Shown: positions 10,116 through 19,469, counted from the stretch's first letter. The stretch: DNA of 41,498 nucleotides from Nitrososphaerales archaeon (GCA_023269855.1 JAGDWP010000056.1:1-41498); one strand, 5' to 3'. Numbers and translations are program-made. Notes: a model not told the origin generated them from the letters alone.

Positions 10116-10679
10116 ATGGTCAAGGAATATAGTAGTTTTAGGAAACCTGATCCACTAACAAGTATCGCCTACATGGCTGTTACATCAGCGGTAACAGGGG
10201 TTGGTTTCTTATTGACAGCTCCTATACCACTAATCCCTGGAGCAATCCATTGGCGTGTACTAGCTTTCCTACCATGCGTTTTCGGGATCCTCTACGGCCC
10301 CATAATAGGATTTGTCTCAGGAGCTATAGGCAACACTTTGTGGGCAATACTAGGTGGATACTTTAACCCAGCTACCCCAGTCTTCGACTTAATAGGTGTA
10401 GGGCTTACAGGGTTAATCCCGGGATTATTCTGTAGACCACAAGATTCAACATCTAGCAAAGGGTTACTGAAAATAGCGTTAATCAGCTTGATTTCAGGAA
10501 TAGTTATGGTGCCAATTGTTGCAGTAGGATTCGACTTAGTCGGAGTCGCTCCATTCGGTCCAGCGGTAGTCTTCCTCATATTAAGTGACCTTCCACCAAT
10601 ACTAATCGGAACCCCGATAGTAGTAGCAGCGATAGCGCCACCACTTCTGAGGAGGAATTTAATTAAATGGAGACTCTGA
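10116..10679 (+). CDS. Small polytopic membrane protein, candidate ECF-transporter substrate-capture (S) component
   Basis: 187 aa with about 5-6 hydrophobic Gly/Pro-rich helices. It lies immediately upstream of, and overlaps by 13 nt, a duplicated ECF-type ATPase. The size and position match S components. No substrate-specific motif was recognised. Confidence 0.55.
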   Translation: MVKEYSSFRKPDPLTSIAYMAVTSAVTGVGFLLTAPIPLIPGAIHWRVLAFLPCVFGILYGPIIGFVSGAIGNTLWAILGGYFNPATPVFDLIGVGLTGLIPGLFCRPQDSTSSKGLLKIALISLISGIVMVPIVAVGFDLVGVAPFGPAVVFLILSDLPPILIGTPIVVAAIAPPLLRRNLIKWRL

Positions 10680-12121
10680 ACTGTCTAGAAGTAAGGGACC
10701 TAGATTGTAGATATGATTCGCAACTAGTATTGAGAGGTATATCTTTCAAAGTTAAACCAGGTGAAGCAGTAGCTATCGTAGGTCCTAGTGCTTCAGGAAA
10801 GACAACTTTAACATACTGTCTCTCAGGAATAATACCGAACAGGATATACGGTGAAGTATCAGGAAGCATAAAGATAAATGGCAAAGAGCTTTTAGGGAAA
10901 CCGATAAAAGAATTTATTGAGTACGTCGGCGTCGTACTTCAAAACTATGATTTACAGATTTTCGGATTAACTGTTGAAGAAGACTTGGAACTGAGTCTCA
11001 GAGAGAAAGATGAAGATATGCTTAGATGGGTTCTACAATTCTTTGAATTAGAAAAGTATAGACACCACTATGTTCATGAACTTTCAGGAGGGCTAAAACA
11101 TAGGCTAGTAATAGCTTCAACGATTCTTTCAGACCCAAAATATATCATAATGGATGACCCAGTAGCAAACCTCGATTGGAAGAGTAGAAAAATAGTATCG
11201 AAAACAATAGAGTTACTGAAAGAAAAAGGGAAGGGCGTCATAATTCTTGGGAGAAAACTGAAAGGATTAGAGAATGTTATAGACCGAACACTCAACTTAA
11301 GTAAAGACTATGAATCCAATGATGTAGTAAAAAATCTGCAAACGGAAGCTGTGGTTTCAGACCCCCAGCCCAGAACTAGTGATCCCCCAATTGTTGACTT
11401 TAGAAAAGTATACTTTAGATACGGTAGAGAATTTGTTTTAAAAGATATCTCTCTACAAATTAAGAAGGGGGAAATATTTGCAATTATGGGTCCAAATGGA
11501 TCGGGTAAGACCACCTTAACGAAGCATATCATTGGTTTACTCAAGCCTACTATGGGGACGGTAATAGTAGACGGAGTAGATACACGTAGTAGAAGTCCAG
11601 CTGAAATGTCGAGATACGTAGGTATGGTTTTCCAAAACCCTGAGAAATACTTTGTTTCCGAAACTGTATGGGATGAAGTAGCCTTCGGGGTTAGAAATCT
11701 CAAATTAGATGAGAAAAATGTTGAAGAAGCATTACATATACTTAACCTACTGGATAAGAAGGATGTCAGCCCCTACTCTCTAAGCATGGGTGAGAAGATC
11801 AGGTTATACATTGGATCCATACTTGCAATAAATCCCGAGATTATAATACTCGATGAACCTACAACGGGTCAAGATGAAGAAACATTAATACAGATAAGAA
11901 ACGTTGTTAATAAGCTTAAGAAAATGGGGAAAACAATAATAATCGTAACACATGACTCCGACTTCACAGTATCTATCGCTGATAGATTAGCTATACTAAA
12001 AGATGGTGAAATCTTTGCGGAAGGCAAACCAGTGAAGCTATTAGAGAATCAAGACCTAGTTGACGAGGTCGGGATAGAACCATTATCCATAAAGGGGGAG
12101 GAAAAATGTTTAGCAAAATGA
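10667..12121 (+). CDS. Fused double ABC ATPase of the ECF/CbiO type (EcfA-EcfA')
   Basis: Two complete cassettes are present: Walker A 'GPSASGKTT' and 'GPNGSGKTT', signatures 'LSGGLKHR' and 'LSMGEKIR', Walker B 'IIMDDP' and 'IILDEPTTGQD'. Confidence 0.85.
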   Translation: METLNCLEVRDLDCRYDSQLVLRGISFKVKPGEAVAIVGPSASGKTTLTYCLSGIIPNRIYGEVSGSIKINGKELLGKPIKEFIEYVGVVLQNYDLQIFGLTVEEDLELSLREKDEDMLRWVLQFFELEKYRHHYVHELSGGLKHRLVIASTILSDPKYIIMDDPVANLDWKSRKIVSKTIELLKEKGKGVIILGRKLKGLENVIDRTLNLSKDYESNDVVKNLQTEAVVSDPQPRTSDPPIVDFRKVYFRYGREFVLKDISLQIKKGEIFAIMGPNGSGKTTLTKHIIGLLKPTMGTVIVDGVDTRSRSPAEMSRYVGMVFQNPEKYFVSETVWDEVAFGVRNLKLDEKNVEEALHILNLLDKKDVSPYSLSMGEKIRLYIGSILAINPEIIILDEPTTGQDEETLIQIRNVVNKLKKMGKTIIIVTHDSDFTVSIADRLAILKDGEIFAEGKPVKLLENQDLVDEVGIEPLSIKGEEKCLAK

Positions 12122-12840
12122 CTGTTATACTAGATCCGAGAACGAAAATCATCATGTTTATCTCATGGTTCTCTCTAGCTTTTATCTGTAGAGACATATA
12201 TAGTATCTCAGTATTGCTGGCTTCTTCGATAATCGTCTTACTCCTAACCGGCTCATCTGTACCAATATTGAAGAAGATGAAGTATATGCTACCTTTAATC
12301 TTATTTGCATGGCCACTGTGGACATTTCTCAACCAATGGTCACTATTCTATAGTTCGGGTAAAGGAATAGACCCCTATTTCGGTCTATTAATGATGCTTA
12401 GACTATTACTGATCGTAATAATCTCACTAGCCTTCATTTATTTCGTTAAACCAGTAGAGATAATTAAAGCTGTAAGCTCTCTCAAGCTTCCATCATCATT
12501 TGGAGCAGTACTTGCATTAGCTTTCCGAAATCTATACATTATTGCAGAAGATTATAAGTCGATTAAGGAAGCTCATACATCTAGAGGCTTAGAGCTTGAC
12601 AGGGGGTCACTGATCACGAGGATAAAAAATCATATCCCACTACTGATACCTTTAATCATCAGAAGCATTGACAGCGCTGAAAAGCTAGTTCTATCACTAG
12701 AACTACGTCCAAACATTATGAAGAAGAGAAAGATGGAACCTCTAAAAACTATTGATATCGTGATAGTGATTGGGTGCATCTTAATACTTTTCCTGACAGT
12801 TTATTATAATTATTACGTGGTGACATGGAATGTGTCCTAG
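12106..12840 (+). CDS. ECF transporter transmembrane (T) component, CbiQ/EcfT family
   Basis: 244 aa and polytopic. It has a coupling-helix-like 'IKEAHTSRGLEL' (A-x3-RG type motif). It overlaps the ATPase gene by 16 nt. Confidence 0.7.
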   Translation: MFSKMTVILDPRTKIIMFISWFSLAFICRDIYSISVLLASSIIVLLLTGSSVPILKKMKYMLPLILFAWPLWTFLNQWSLFYSSGKGIDPYFGLLMMLRLLLIVIISLAFIYFVKPVEIIKAVSSLKLPSSFGAVLALAFRNLYIIAEDYKSIKEAHTSRGLELDRGSLITRIKNHIPLLIPLIIRSIDSAEKLVLSLELRPNIMKKRKMEPLKTIDIVIVIGCILILFLTVYYNYYVVTWNVS

Positions 12841-13432
12841 AACTTTTGAATATACTGGTCAAGAGAAGTATACTATTAAGATAGGGGGATTGGTCAGAGA
12901 GTTACCATTAATCCAGGTTTCAAGTAATGTCTGGATAGCATCAAACGCAGATTTAATTCTAGGGGATATCGAATTCATTCAGACTGCAGCTGACCTACTA
13001 TATGAAAAGATTAAACCATTCAATCCAGACATAATAGTTACGCCTGAAGCTAAGGCAATCGCATTTGCATACGAAGTAGCTAAGAAGATGAAGCATAAAA
13101 ATATAGTTATAGCTAGGAAGTCTGTTAAAGCATACATGACTGATTATCTCCTAGAAGAATGTTCTTCAATAACTACTAAGGGTAGACAGATCCTGCTACT
13201 TGTAAGAGAAGATGCTTTAAAATTGAGAGGCAAGAAAGTCTGCATCCTTGATGATGTAGTATCTACAGGTGGAACAATAACAGCATTAGAGAGATTGGTT
13301 AGAAAAGCAGGAGGAGAAGCAGTCTGTAAAGCAGCTATATGGGTTGAGGGACCATGGTACACCGGCGACTTAATCTATCTAGATGAACTCCCGATCTTCC
13401 TTAAACCACAAAGATGCGTCGATACTGATTGA
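12830..13432 (+). CDS. Type I phosphoribosyltransferase, Xpt/PurR-C-terminal-domain-like (purine base PRTase)
   Basis: Contains 'IVTPEAKAIAFAYEVAKKM', 'VIARKSVKAYMTDY...SSITT' and the PRPP loop 'VCILDDVVSTGGT'. The layout resembles bacterial xanthine PRTase and the PurR effector domain. It overlaps the T component by 11 nt. Confidence 0.8.
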   Translation: MCPRTFEYTGQEKYTIKIGGLVRELPLIQVSSNVWIASNADLILGDIEFIQTAADLLYEKIKPFNPDIIVTPEAKAIAFAYEVAKKMKHKNIVIARKSVKAYMTDYLLEECSSITTKGRQILLLVREDALKLRGKKVCILDDVVSTGGTITALERLVRKAGGEAVCKAAIWVEGPWYTGDLIYLDELPIFLKPQRCVDTD

Positions 13433-13467
13433 ACTTAAAAATTATATTATATAAAATAGTTTCTAAA

Positions 13468-13718
13468 ATGGGAAAAGTGGTGGAGGATGGGGGCTGGCTG
13501 ATGAGCTATAGTAGCCGTGAAGCCTGGGGCGAAGTTCATCTAATCTAATAGAGACATATGTAGATGATAATGGTAAGATTGTATGTCCATAATGTAACAC
13601 CATTATGCATCCTGATGATTATAACTATGAGTTTATAGATATTAATGATCGTTATTATGGTGTACTCTCAATAATTATTAAATGTCTAAGATGTGGTTCA
13701 TTATTAGAAGTATTTTAA
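13468..13718 (+). pseudogene. Probable disrupted small zinc-ribbon gene (frameshift plus in-frame TAA)
   Basis: The ATG at 13468 opens a 26-codon frame ending at 13548. A second frame, open from 13521, reads ...YVDDNGKIVCP*CNTIMHPDDYNYEFIDINDRYYGVLSIIIKCLRCGSLLEVF*. This gives a CPxC...CxxC pair whose first knuckle is interrupted by TAA at 13590-13592. Confidence 0.35.
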
Positions 13719-13745
13719 AAGTGTATGGAAGAGAAGTATTAACAG

Positions 13746-13943
13746 TTGAGATTCATAAAGAAGGGTGAGCTCCCTCCTGTTACAAGTAGTTATGGATTAG
13801 ATTCCTTAAAGGAAGTATTACAAGATGCTGTTTTCCCAATGACCAAAAATGAATTAGTAAAGAAGCATGGATGGAAGCTTATCGATATCGATTCGAAGAC
13901 TAGACTCCCAGTATTCGTTAAGAAGCAGAGCGACCAAGTCTGA
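13746..13943 (+). CDS. Small protein, DUF2795-like
   Basis: 65 aa with a TTG start. 'LKEVLQDAVFPMTKNELVKKHG' resembles the DUF2795 'L..v.FPa.K.eLi..a...G' pattern. The start codon is uncertain. Confidence 0.45.
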   Translation: MRFIKKGELPPVTSSYGLDSLKEVLQDAVFPMTKNELVKKHGWKLIDIDSKTRLPVFVKKQSDQV

Positions 13944-14119
13944 AAAACTCTACAAATCCAACTTCCTAATCATTCTAGCTTGAAGGGTTTAAAATTCAGA
14001 ATCATATATGGGGATAGTTGCGGAGGAGACAAGTATCTGAAGCGTTAAAGAATATTTATGATATGCTTTTCAAGAATAAATATTATATAATGTTAGACCC
14101 GTAGTGGAGTAAATCGAGT

Positions 14120-14893
14120 ATGAAGGTTTTTGTTGGAACCTGCGGTTGGTCTGTTAAAGGTGGGAAAAAAGAATATTGTAAATTCTTTGATACAATCGAG
14201 GTTCAAGAGACCTTTTATAAACTTCCAAAGGTTGAGACAGTGAAGAAGTGGAGAGGAGAACTACCCGAAGAGTTCATCTTTAATATGAAAGCATGGCAGG
14301 TAATCACTCATCCACCTTCAAGCCCAACTTGGAGGAGGAGCGGATTAAAAATATCTAAATCGAAGATTAACCAGTATGGTTCACTCAAGCCTACTGATGA
14401 GAATCTTACAGCGTGGGAGAAAACATTGGAAGTAGCGGAAGCAATGAATGCAAAGATTATAGTAATTCAGACCCCTGCATCATTCAAGCATAATCAAGAA
14501 AATCTAAAAAACATTGAGGAGTTTCTCTCTAGAATCAAGAGAGGTAAAAGCTTAATTGGGTGGGAGCCTAGAGGAGATTGGAGAGACCACCTAGATGACG
14601 TAAGGAGAATCTGTACTGAGCAAGATATCTTACACGTTACAGACCCATTTAGATGCGAAAATGTATCCGTGCATTCAATTAGATACTATAGGCTTCACGG
14701 AATAGGGGGTAAAGAAGTAAACTATTCATATGTTTACACCATTGATGATTTCAAGAAACTCATCGAGTTATTAAAGAGAGATGAGAATAATGGTGTTGAA
14801 GAAGCATACGTGATGTTTAATAATGTTAATATGCGAGAAGACGCTTTGAAATTCAAGAACTTCTTTTCAAAGGAGTTTTTCCATAACAAATAG
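14120..14893 (+). CDS. DUF72 (UPF0759) family protein
   Basis: Contains 'VGTCGWS', 'FDTIEVQETFYKLP', 'KWRGELPEEFIFNMKAWQVITH', the canonical DUF72 N-terminal pattern. Confidence 0.8.
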   Translation: MKVFVGTCGWSVKGGKKEYCKFFDTIEVQETFYKLPKVETVKKWRGELPEEFIFNMKAWQVITHPPSSPTWRRSGLKISKSKINQYGSLKPTDENLTAWEKTLEVAEAMNAKIIVIQTPASFKHNQENLKNIEEFLSRIKRGKSLIGWEPRGDWRDHLDDVRRICTEQDILHVTDPFRCENVSVHSIRYYRLHGIGGKEVNYSYVYTIDDFKKLIELLKRDENNGVEEAYVMFNNVNMREDALKFKNFFSKEFFHNK

Positions 14894-14961
14894 GACGATA
14901 TGTATTTGTAAGCTTGTAAGCTCTATCATAAATCTCTCACTTTTTTGCCATTTTTCTTCAT

Positions 14962-15813
14962 TTATGGATATTCTATTTTTAGAGAAGCATAACCTACTAC
15001 GGATGAAAGATCTCCCGTTACATCACCGCTTGTCGCATATTTTAATAGTCTAGCCTCAGTTGCATGAAGTCTCCTCGCAGCTTCTAGAATAGCTGAAACT
15101 GGTCCATATCCACACATCGAGATATCCATCTCATACAATACTCTATACAGTGTTTCTACATCTAGTTTTCCAATCTTTTCTAATGCTATGGAATCTTTCT
15201 TAACTGCTATTTCATGAGGCTCATAGTGGGTGAAATCGGTTGAAGCGACGAGTAGGATATCTCTTCTCTCTCTCAATATTTCTGCGAGCGCTTTACCTAC
15301 TTCAATTGAGGACTCAATATTCTGATCAAGCATGCATATAGGTACAAGAGTAAACTCTCCTAAAACGTATTGTAGAAACGGTAATTGGACTTCGATTGAA
15401 TGTTCTCTTATGTGGGATATCTCATCTAATGAGAAGATGCTGGACAGTTCTGCAAGTTGTTTTGCAAGGTTATGATCGATCTTGACTTCGCCGAGAGGGG
15501 TAACCCATACTCCTTCAGGATATATTGATACATCTGTTCCTATACCATAATGGTTTGGTCCTACAACGATCACCGTCCTAGGTCTCATTCTGTTATCTAA
15601 TTCTAGGTATCCATGAGCTGCTACTGGACCCGAATAGATATATCCTGCATGTGGAGATATCAAAGCGAGAGGATGCTTCCTCTCACTCTGTTTTCCCGAT
15701 GGAAGTCTACCTGGCCCGATCCTGTGGAGGAAACATTCTTCAATTTGCTTCTTCAGTGAAGTTTTTGAAGATGGATAAAAAGCTCCAGCTACTGCAGGAC
15801 TCCTTCTCGACAT
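14962..15813 (-). CDS. MEMO1 family protein (AmmeMemoRadiSam system protein B-like)
   Basis: Contains 'RSPAVAGAFYP', 'ISPHAGYIYSGPVAAHGY', 'GPNH', 'STDFTHY', 'CGYGP'. Confidence 0.85.
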   Translation of the reverse strand: MSRRSPAVAGAFYPSSKTSLKKQIEECFLHRIGPGRLPSGKQSERKHPLALISPHAGYIYSGPVAAHGYLELDNRMRPRTVIVVGPNHYGIGTDVSIYPEGVWVTPLGEVKIDHNLAKQLAELSSIFSLDEISHIREHSIEVQLPFLQYVLGEFTLVPICMLDQNIESSIEVGKALAEILRERRDILLVASTDFTHYEPHEIAVKKDSIALEKIGKLDVETLYRVLYEMDISMCGYGPVSAILEAARRLHATEARLLKYATSGDVTGDLSSVVGYASLKIEYP

Positions 15814-16075
15814 ACTAGGAATACTGTAGTGCTACATCTATTTATCATTGTTTCCATATTTTAAGAGTTTACATTGTAAATACAAAAAAGATTGTAAAAA
15901 AGAAAGGAGCGAAGTAGATTATCAAGGAGTGAAGTCGAGTCTTGAAGTAATCCATGCATAATTGGTGGGGTATTCACTCAATGAAATATTGGATTCTTGA
16001 CTGGAAGGGATACGTTAATATTGTTGGTGGAGACTTTGTAGTAGAAGCTTTCGGAATGATGGGTGGGAATACTTG

Positions 16076-17149
16076 ATGAAGGATTCTGTAGGTTTGAGGA
16101 AAGCAGAACATATTAGGATTTGTCTTGAGAGAGATGTTGAATTTAAGAAGAAGACTACATGGTTTGAATATGTTGAATTAATTCATAACCCATTACCTGA
16201 ATTAGATTTTGATGAAATAAAACTTGAAGCTAGATTCCTTGACAGATTATTCAATTATCCTATAATAATCGAAGGCATGACAGGGGGTACACATGAAGCA
16301 TACAAAATCAATAAGAATCTAGCAGAAGCCGCCGCCCAGCTAAACATACCCATGGGTATAGGAAGCCAGAAAGCAGCTATACATAATCCATCATTAAAAG
16401 AATCATACAGAATAGTTAGAGATATTTCTCCAAACATCTTCGTTATAGGGAATATTGGTGGTGTTGAACTTGTGAAAGAAGGTGTAGAAGTTGCAGAGAA
16501 AGCTGTAGAGATGATTGAAGCAAATGCTCTAGCGATACATCTAAATAGCTTACAGGAATTAATCCAGCCAGGTGGAGATACAAGTTTTAAGGGGATAATG
16601 AATGCTATAGAGAGAACAGTTGAAAGATTAAGTGTCCCTGTGATAGTTAAAGAAGTTGGATGTGGGATACCTAAGGAGGTGGCGAGAAACCTAGAGTCGA
16701 TTGGGGTTAAAGCTATAGATGTAGCAGGTGCAGGTGGAACTAACTGGACTCTCATTGAGAAGATTAGAGCTGAAGAGTTGGGTGAACTAGAGAAGAAAGC
16801 TCTTGGAGAACTCTATCTAGAATGGGGGATACCTACTGCCGCCTCAATAATCGAAGTTTCATCAACTGTCAAGATAGACGTAATTGGGTCAGGAGGGATA
16901 AGAACAGGACTCGACATAGCGAAATCAATAGCTCTAGGTGCAGACATGGCCGGCATCGCTAAACCTTTACTGAAGCCTGCAGTAGAAAACACAAACGCAG
17001 TCCTAGAATACTTGAAAAAAATAATACTTGAGCTGAGAACTGCAATGTATCTGACAGGATGCAGAAACGTGGACCAATTAAAACATTTAGAAAAAGTTTT
17101 AACTGGACCATTGATTGAATGGTGTAGGCAGAGAGGCATAGAACTCTAA
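16076..17149 (+). CDS. fni: Isopentenyl-diphosphate delta-isomerase, type 2 (FMN-dependent)
   Basis: Contains 'RKAEHIRICL', 'MTGGT', 'GIGSQ', 'VKEVGCGI', 'GAGGTNW', 'GSGGIRTGLD'. The ATG at 16076 is preferred over the TTG at 16073. Confidence 0.9.
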   Translation: MKDSVGLRKAEHIRICLERDVEFKKKTTWFEYVELIHNPLPELDFDEIKLEARFLDRLFNYPIIIEGMTGGTHEAYKINKNLAEAAAQLNIPMGIGSQKAAIHNPSLKESYRIVRDISPNIFVIGNIGGVELVKEGVEVAEKAVEMIEANALAIHLNSLQELIQPGGDTSFKGIMNAIERTVERLSVPVIVKEVGCGIPKEVARNLESIGVKAIDVAGAGGTNWTLIEKIRAEELGELEKKALGELYLEWGIPTAASIIEVSSTVKIDVIGSGGIRTGLDIAKSIALGADMAGIAKPLLKPAVENTNAVLEYLKKIILELRTAMYLTGCRNVDQLKHLEKVLTGPLIEWCRQRGIEL

Positions 17150-17182
17150 GTCTATATTTTAGTCTTCCCAAGGTTAGGAGGT

Positions 17183-17611
17183 ATGAGTGAAGTTGAGAGA
17201 ACATTCATAATGTTGAAGCCAAGCTGTCTAGAGAGAGGTTTAGTCGGAGAAGTCATATCTAGATTCGAAAGGAAGGGTTTGAAGATCGTTCAGGTAAAGT
17301 TCCTGAAGATGACTAGGAGAATGGCTGAAGAACTATACAGTATCCATAGGGGAAAAGACTTCTATGAGAAACTTGTGAGAACTCTAGAGAATAAAAGAGT
17401 CGTAGCAATGATTCTCGAAGGTAGAAAAGCCATCCTGGTGGCCAGAAAAATTATCGGTGCAACAGATCCGGTTAATGCTGAACCTGGTACAATCAGGGGA
17501 GACTTAGCAATAGATCTTACAGAGAACCTGATACATGCTTCAGACAGTCTAGAATCCTACCTGAGAGAATACAAAATATTCTTCAAAGATGAAGAACTAG
17601 AAACATTATAA
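17183..17611 (+). CDS. ndk: Nucleoside diphosphate kinase
   Basis: Contains 'ERTFIMLKP', 'GATDPVNAEPGTIRGD', 'NLIHASDS' (catalytic His). Confidence 0.95.
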   Translation: MSEVERTFIMLKPSCLERGLVGEVISRFERKGLKIVQVKFLKMTRRMAEELYSIHRGKDFYEKLVRTLENKRVVAMILEGRKAILVARKIIGATDPVNAEPGTIRGDLAIDLTENLIHASDSLESYLREYKIFFKDEELETL

Positions 17612-17814
17612 AATTTTTGCACTAAGAATTTGAAAGAAACTTAATAAGATATATGGAGACGATAAATGAAGCAGTTTTTGCAAGAAATATTGTTATACAT
17701 GCGTTGGGAGTGGAGAATATGAAAAGAATAGTTACAGACGGAAAATATTGGATACTAGTGATGTATTAAGCTAGCTTGAACCTATATTAGGAGCACTATC
17801 TGTTTCTAGTATGG

Positions 17815-19056
17815 ATGAGTGGGAAGGTCTTACCGAAACAGCCTGAGGTTAATATTGGCACTCTAGGTCATGTCGATAACGGTAAGAGTACGATAGTTCA
17901 AGCAATTACAGGAATCTGGCCTGCTAGACATTCTGAAGAGCTCAGAAGAGGGATTACGATAAGGATAGGATACGCTGACGCAGCAATATATAGATGCCCG
18001 AAATGTGAAGAACCTTTCAATTATACGACTGAGGAAAAATGTCCAAGATGTGGTTCTGAGACTGTTTTTGAGAGAGCAATATCTTTCATAGACTGCCCAG
18101 GACATCATTCATTGATGGTTACGATGCTCTCAGGAGCAGCATTATTTGATGGTGCAGTGTTTGTTGTGGATGCTAGACATGAATTCCCTCAACCACAGGA
18201 TAGCGAACACCTCCAAGCAGTCTACATAATGGATATAGATAAAGTAATAATTGCTCAGAACAAGATAGATGTAATAACTAGGGAGAGAGCTTTAAAAAAT
18301 TATGAAGAGATCAAAGCGTATCTCGAGAACAGTAGGTTAGAGAATTCTCCGATAATTCCTACATCAGCACAACATAAGGCAGGTATAGACCTTCTACTCT
18401 GGGCAATACAGAAATTTATCCCAACACCTTTTAGAGACTTGTCAAAACCGTTCAGAATGCCTATACTACGTTCATTTGACGTAAACCCTCCTGGGACACC
18501 TGGAACGCTTATCAAGGGCGGAGTCATAGGAGGCTCAATAATCCAGGGAAAAATAAAAGTAGGAGAAGAAATCGAGATCGCTCCAGGAATAGCTTTAGAA
18601 GAGAAAGCTGGAGCGAAATATGAATCAATCTATACTGAAGTTGTGAATATTAAAGCTGGTGGAAGAGATGTTGAAGAAGCTATGAGTGGAGGTCTCACAG
18701 GAATAGAGACGAAGCTTGATCCAGCATTAACTAAAGCCGACGCGATGACTGGGAATGTAGCGGGTAAACCAGGAACCCTCCCACCCACTCTATATGATTT
18801 AAGCTTAGAGTATTTCCTCTTTAAGCATGTTGTGGGAGTTAAAGAGAAAATAGAGGTTGCACCAATAGCTGATAAAGAACCACTTGTATTGAACGTATAT
18901 TCAGCCGTAACTACTGGAGTCGTAACCCATAGAACTAAGGAAAAACTTGAGATAAAACTGACCAGACCAATTGTAGCTCAACCGAAAGACAAAGTCTCCA
19001 TATCTAGGAAAATAGGAGCAGGTTGGAGATTAATAGGGTACGGTGTAATAACTTAA
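17815..19056 (+). CDS. eif2g: Translation initiation factor aIF2 gamma subunit
   Basis: G1 'GHVDNGKST', zinc knuckle 'CPKC...CPRCG', 'DCPGH', 'QNKID'. Domains II and III are present. Confidence 0.95.
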   Translation: MSGKVLPKQPEVNIGTLGHVDNGKSTIVQAITGIWPARHSEELRRGITIRIGYADAAIYRCPKCEEPFNYTTEEKCPRCGSETVFERAISFIDCPGHHSLMVTMLSGAALFDGAVFVVDARHEFPQPQDSEHLQAVYIMDIDKVIIAQNKIDVITRERALKNYEEIKAYLENSRLENSPIIPTSAQHKAGIDLLLWAIQKFIPTPFRDLSKPFRMPILRSFDVNPPGTPGTLIKGGVIGGSIIQGKIKVGEEIEIAPGIALEEKAGAKYESIYTEVVNIKAGGRDVEEAMSGGLTGIETKLDPALTKADAMTGNVAGKPGTLPPTLYDLSLEYFLFKHVVGVKEKIEVAPIADKEPLVLNVYSAVTTGVVTHRTKEKLEIKLTRPIVAQPKDKVSISRKIGAGWRLIGYGVIT

Positions 19057-19082
19057 ATGATTAAAACTGGATGTAGCAAGAC

Positions 19083-19469
19083 ATGAGGATTCTGCTTGAT
19101 ACGAGTCTTCTCATGCTAATTGTTGAAGAAGGGAGAGATCTTCTACGAGTAGCTGAAGATAAGTTAGATGAAGTCATTGAACCATACGTGCTTGAAGATA
19201 CTATTCATGAATTGGAGAAAATCGCTGGGGGCAGAGGGAAAAAATCAAAACTAGCCAGGCTGGCTCTCAAACTAGCTGAAAGAATGAAGAAAATTGAATA
19301 TCCAAGCATGTTACCAGTAGATTTGAAACTAATTGAAGCCTCAAAACAATATAGATTAGTGCTAGCAACGATAGACCAAAAACTCATTGAAGAAGCGAGA
19401 AAGAATAATGTGCCGGTTCTTATATTCCATGAAGATTTAAGAGTAACTCTTGAAGGCTGGGTAACTTGA
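19083..19469 (+). CDS. PIN-domain protein (Fcf1/Utp24-like small nuclease)
   Basis: 128 aa. N-terminal 'ILLDTSLL' provides an acidic PIN residue, with 'ATIDQKL' later in the sequence. It lies directly downstream of aIF2-gamma, a recurrent archaeal neighbourhood. Confidence 0.7.
   Translation: MRILLDTSLLMLIVEEGRDLLRVAEDKLDEVIEPYVLEDTIHELEKIAGGRGKKSKLARLALKLAERMKKIEYPSMLPVDLKLIEASKQYRLVLATIDQKLIEEARKNNVPVLIFHEDLRVTLEGWVT

Noticed and set aside
13478-13535. A G+C-rich patch GGCUGAUGAGCUAUAGUAGCCGUGAAGCC that resembles a hammerhead core (CUGAUGA...GAA). It also resembles a C/D-box or k-turn arrangement, with CUGAUGA, then 12 nt, then GUGA.
   Set aside because: The GAAA core and a cleavage-site helix needed for a hammerhead are absent. 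No C' box or terminal CUGA D box follows at the right spacing for a C/D sRNA. The region is equally well explained as the 5' coding remnant of the disrupted zinc-ribbon gene.
17612-17814. Two mini-ORFs (MKQFLQEILLYMRWEWRI and MKRIVTDGKYWILVMY) in the ndk to aIF2-gamma gap.
   Set aside because: They are 16-18 codons long, with no motif and no independent signal. The gap is adequately explained as terminator plus promoter space.
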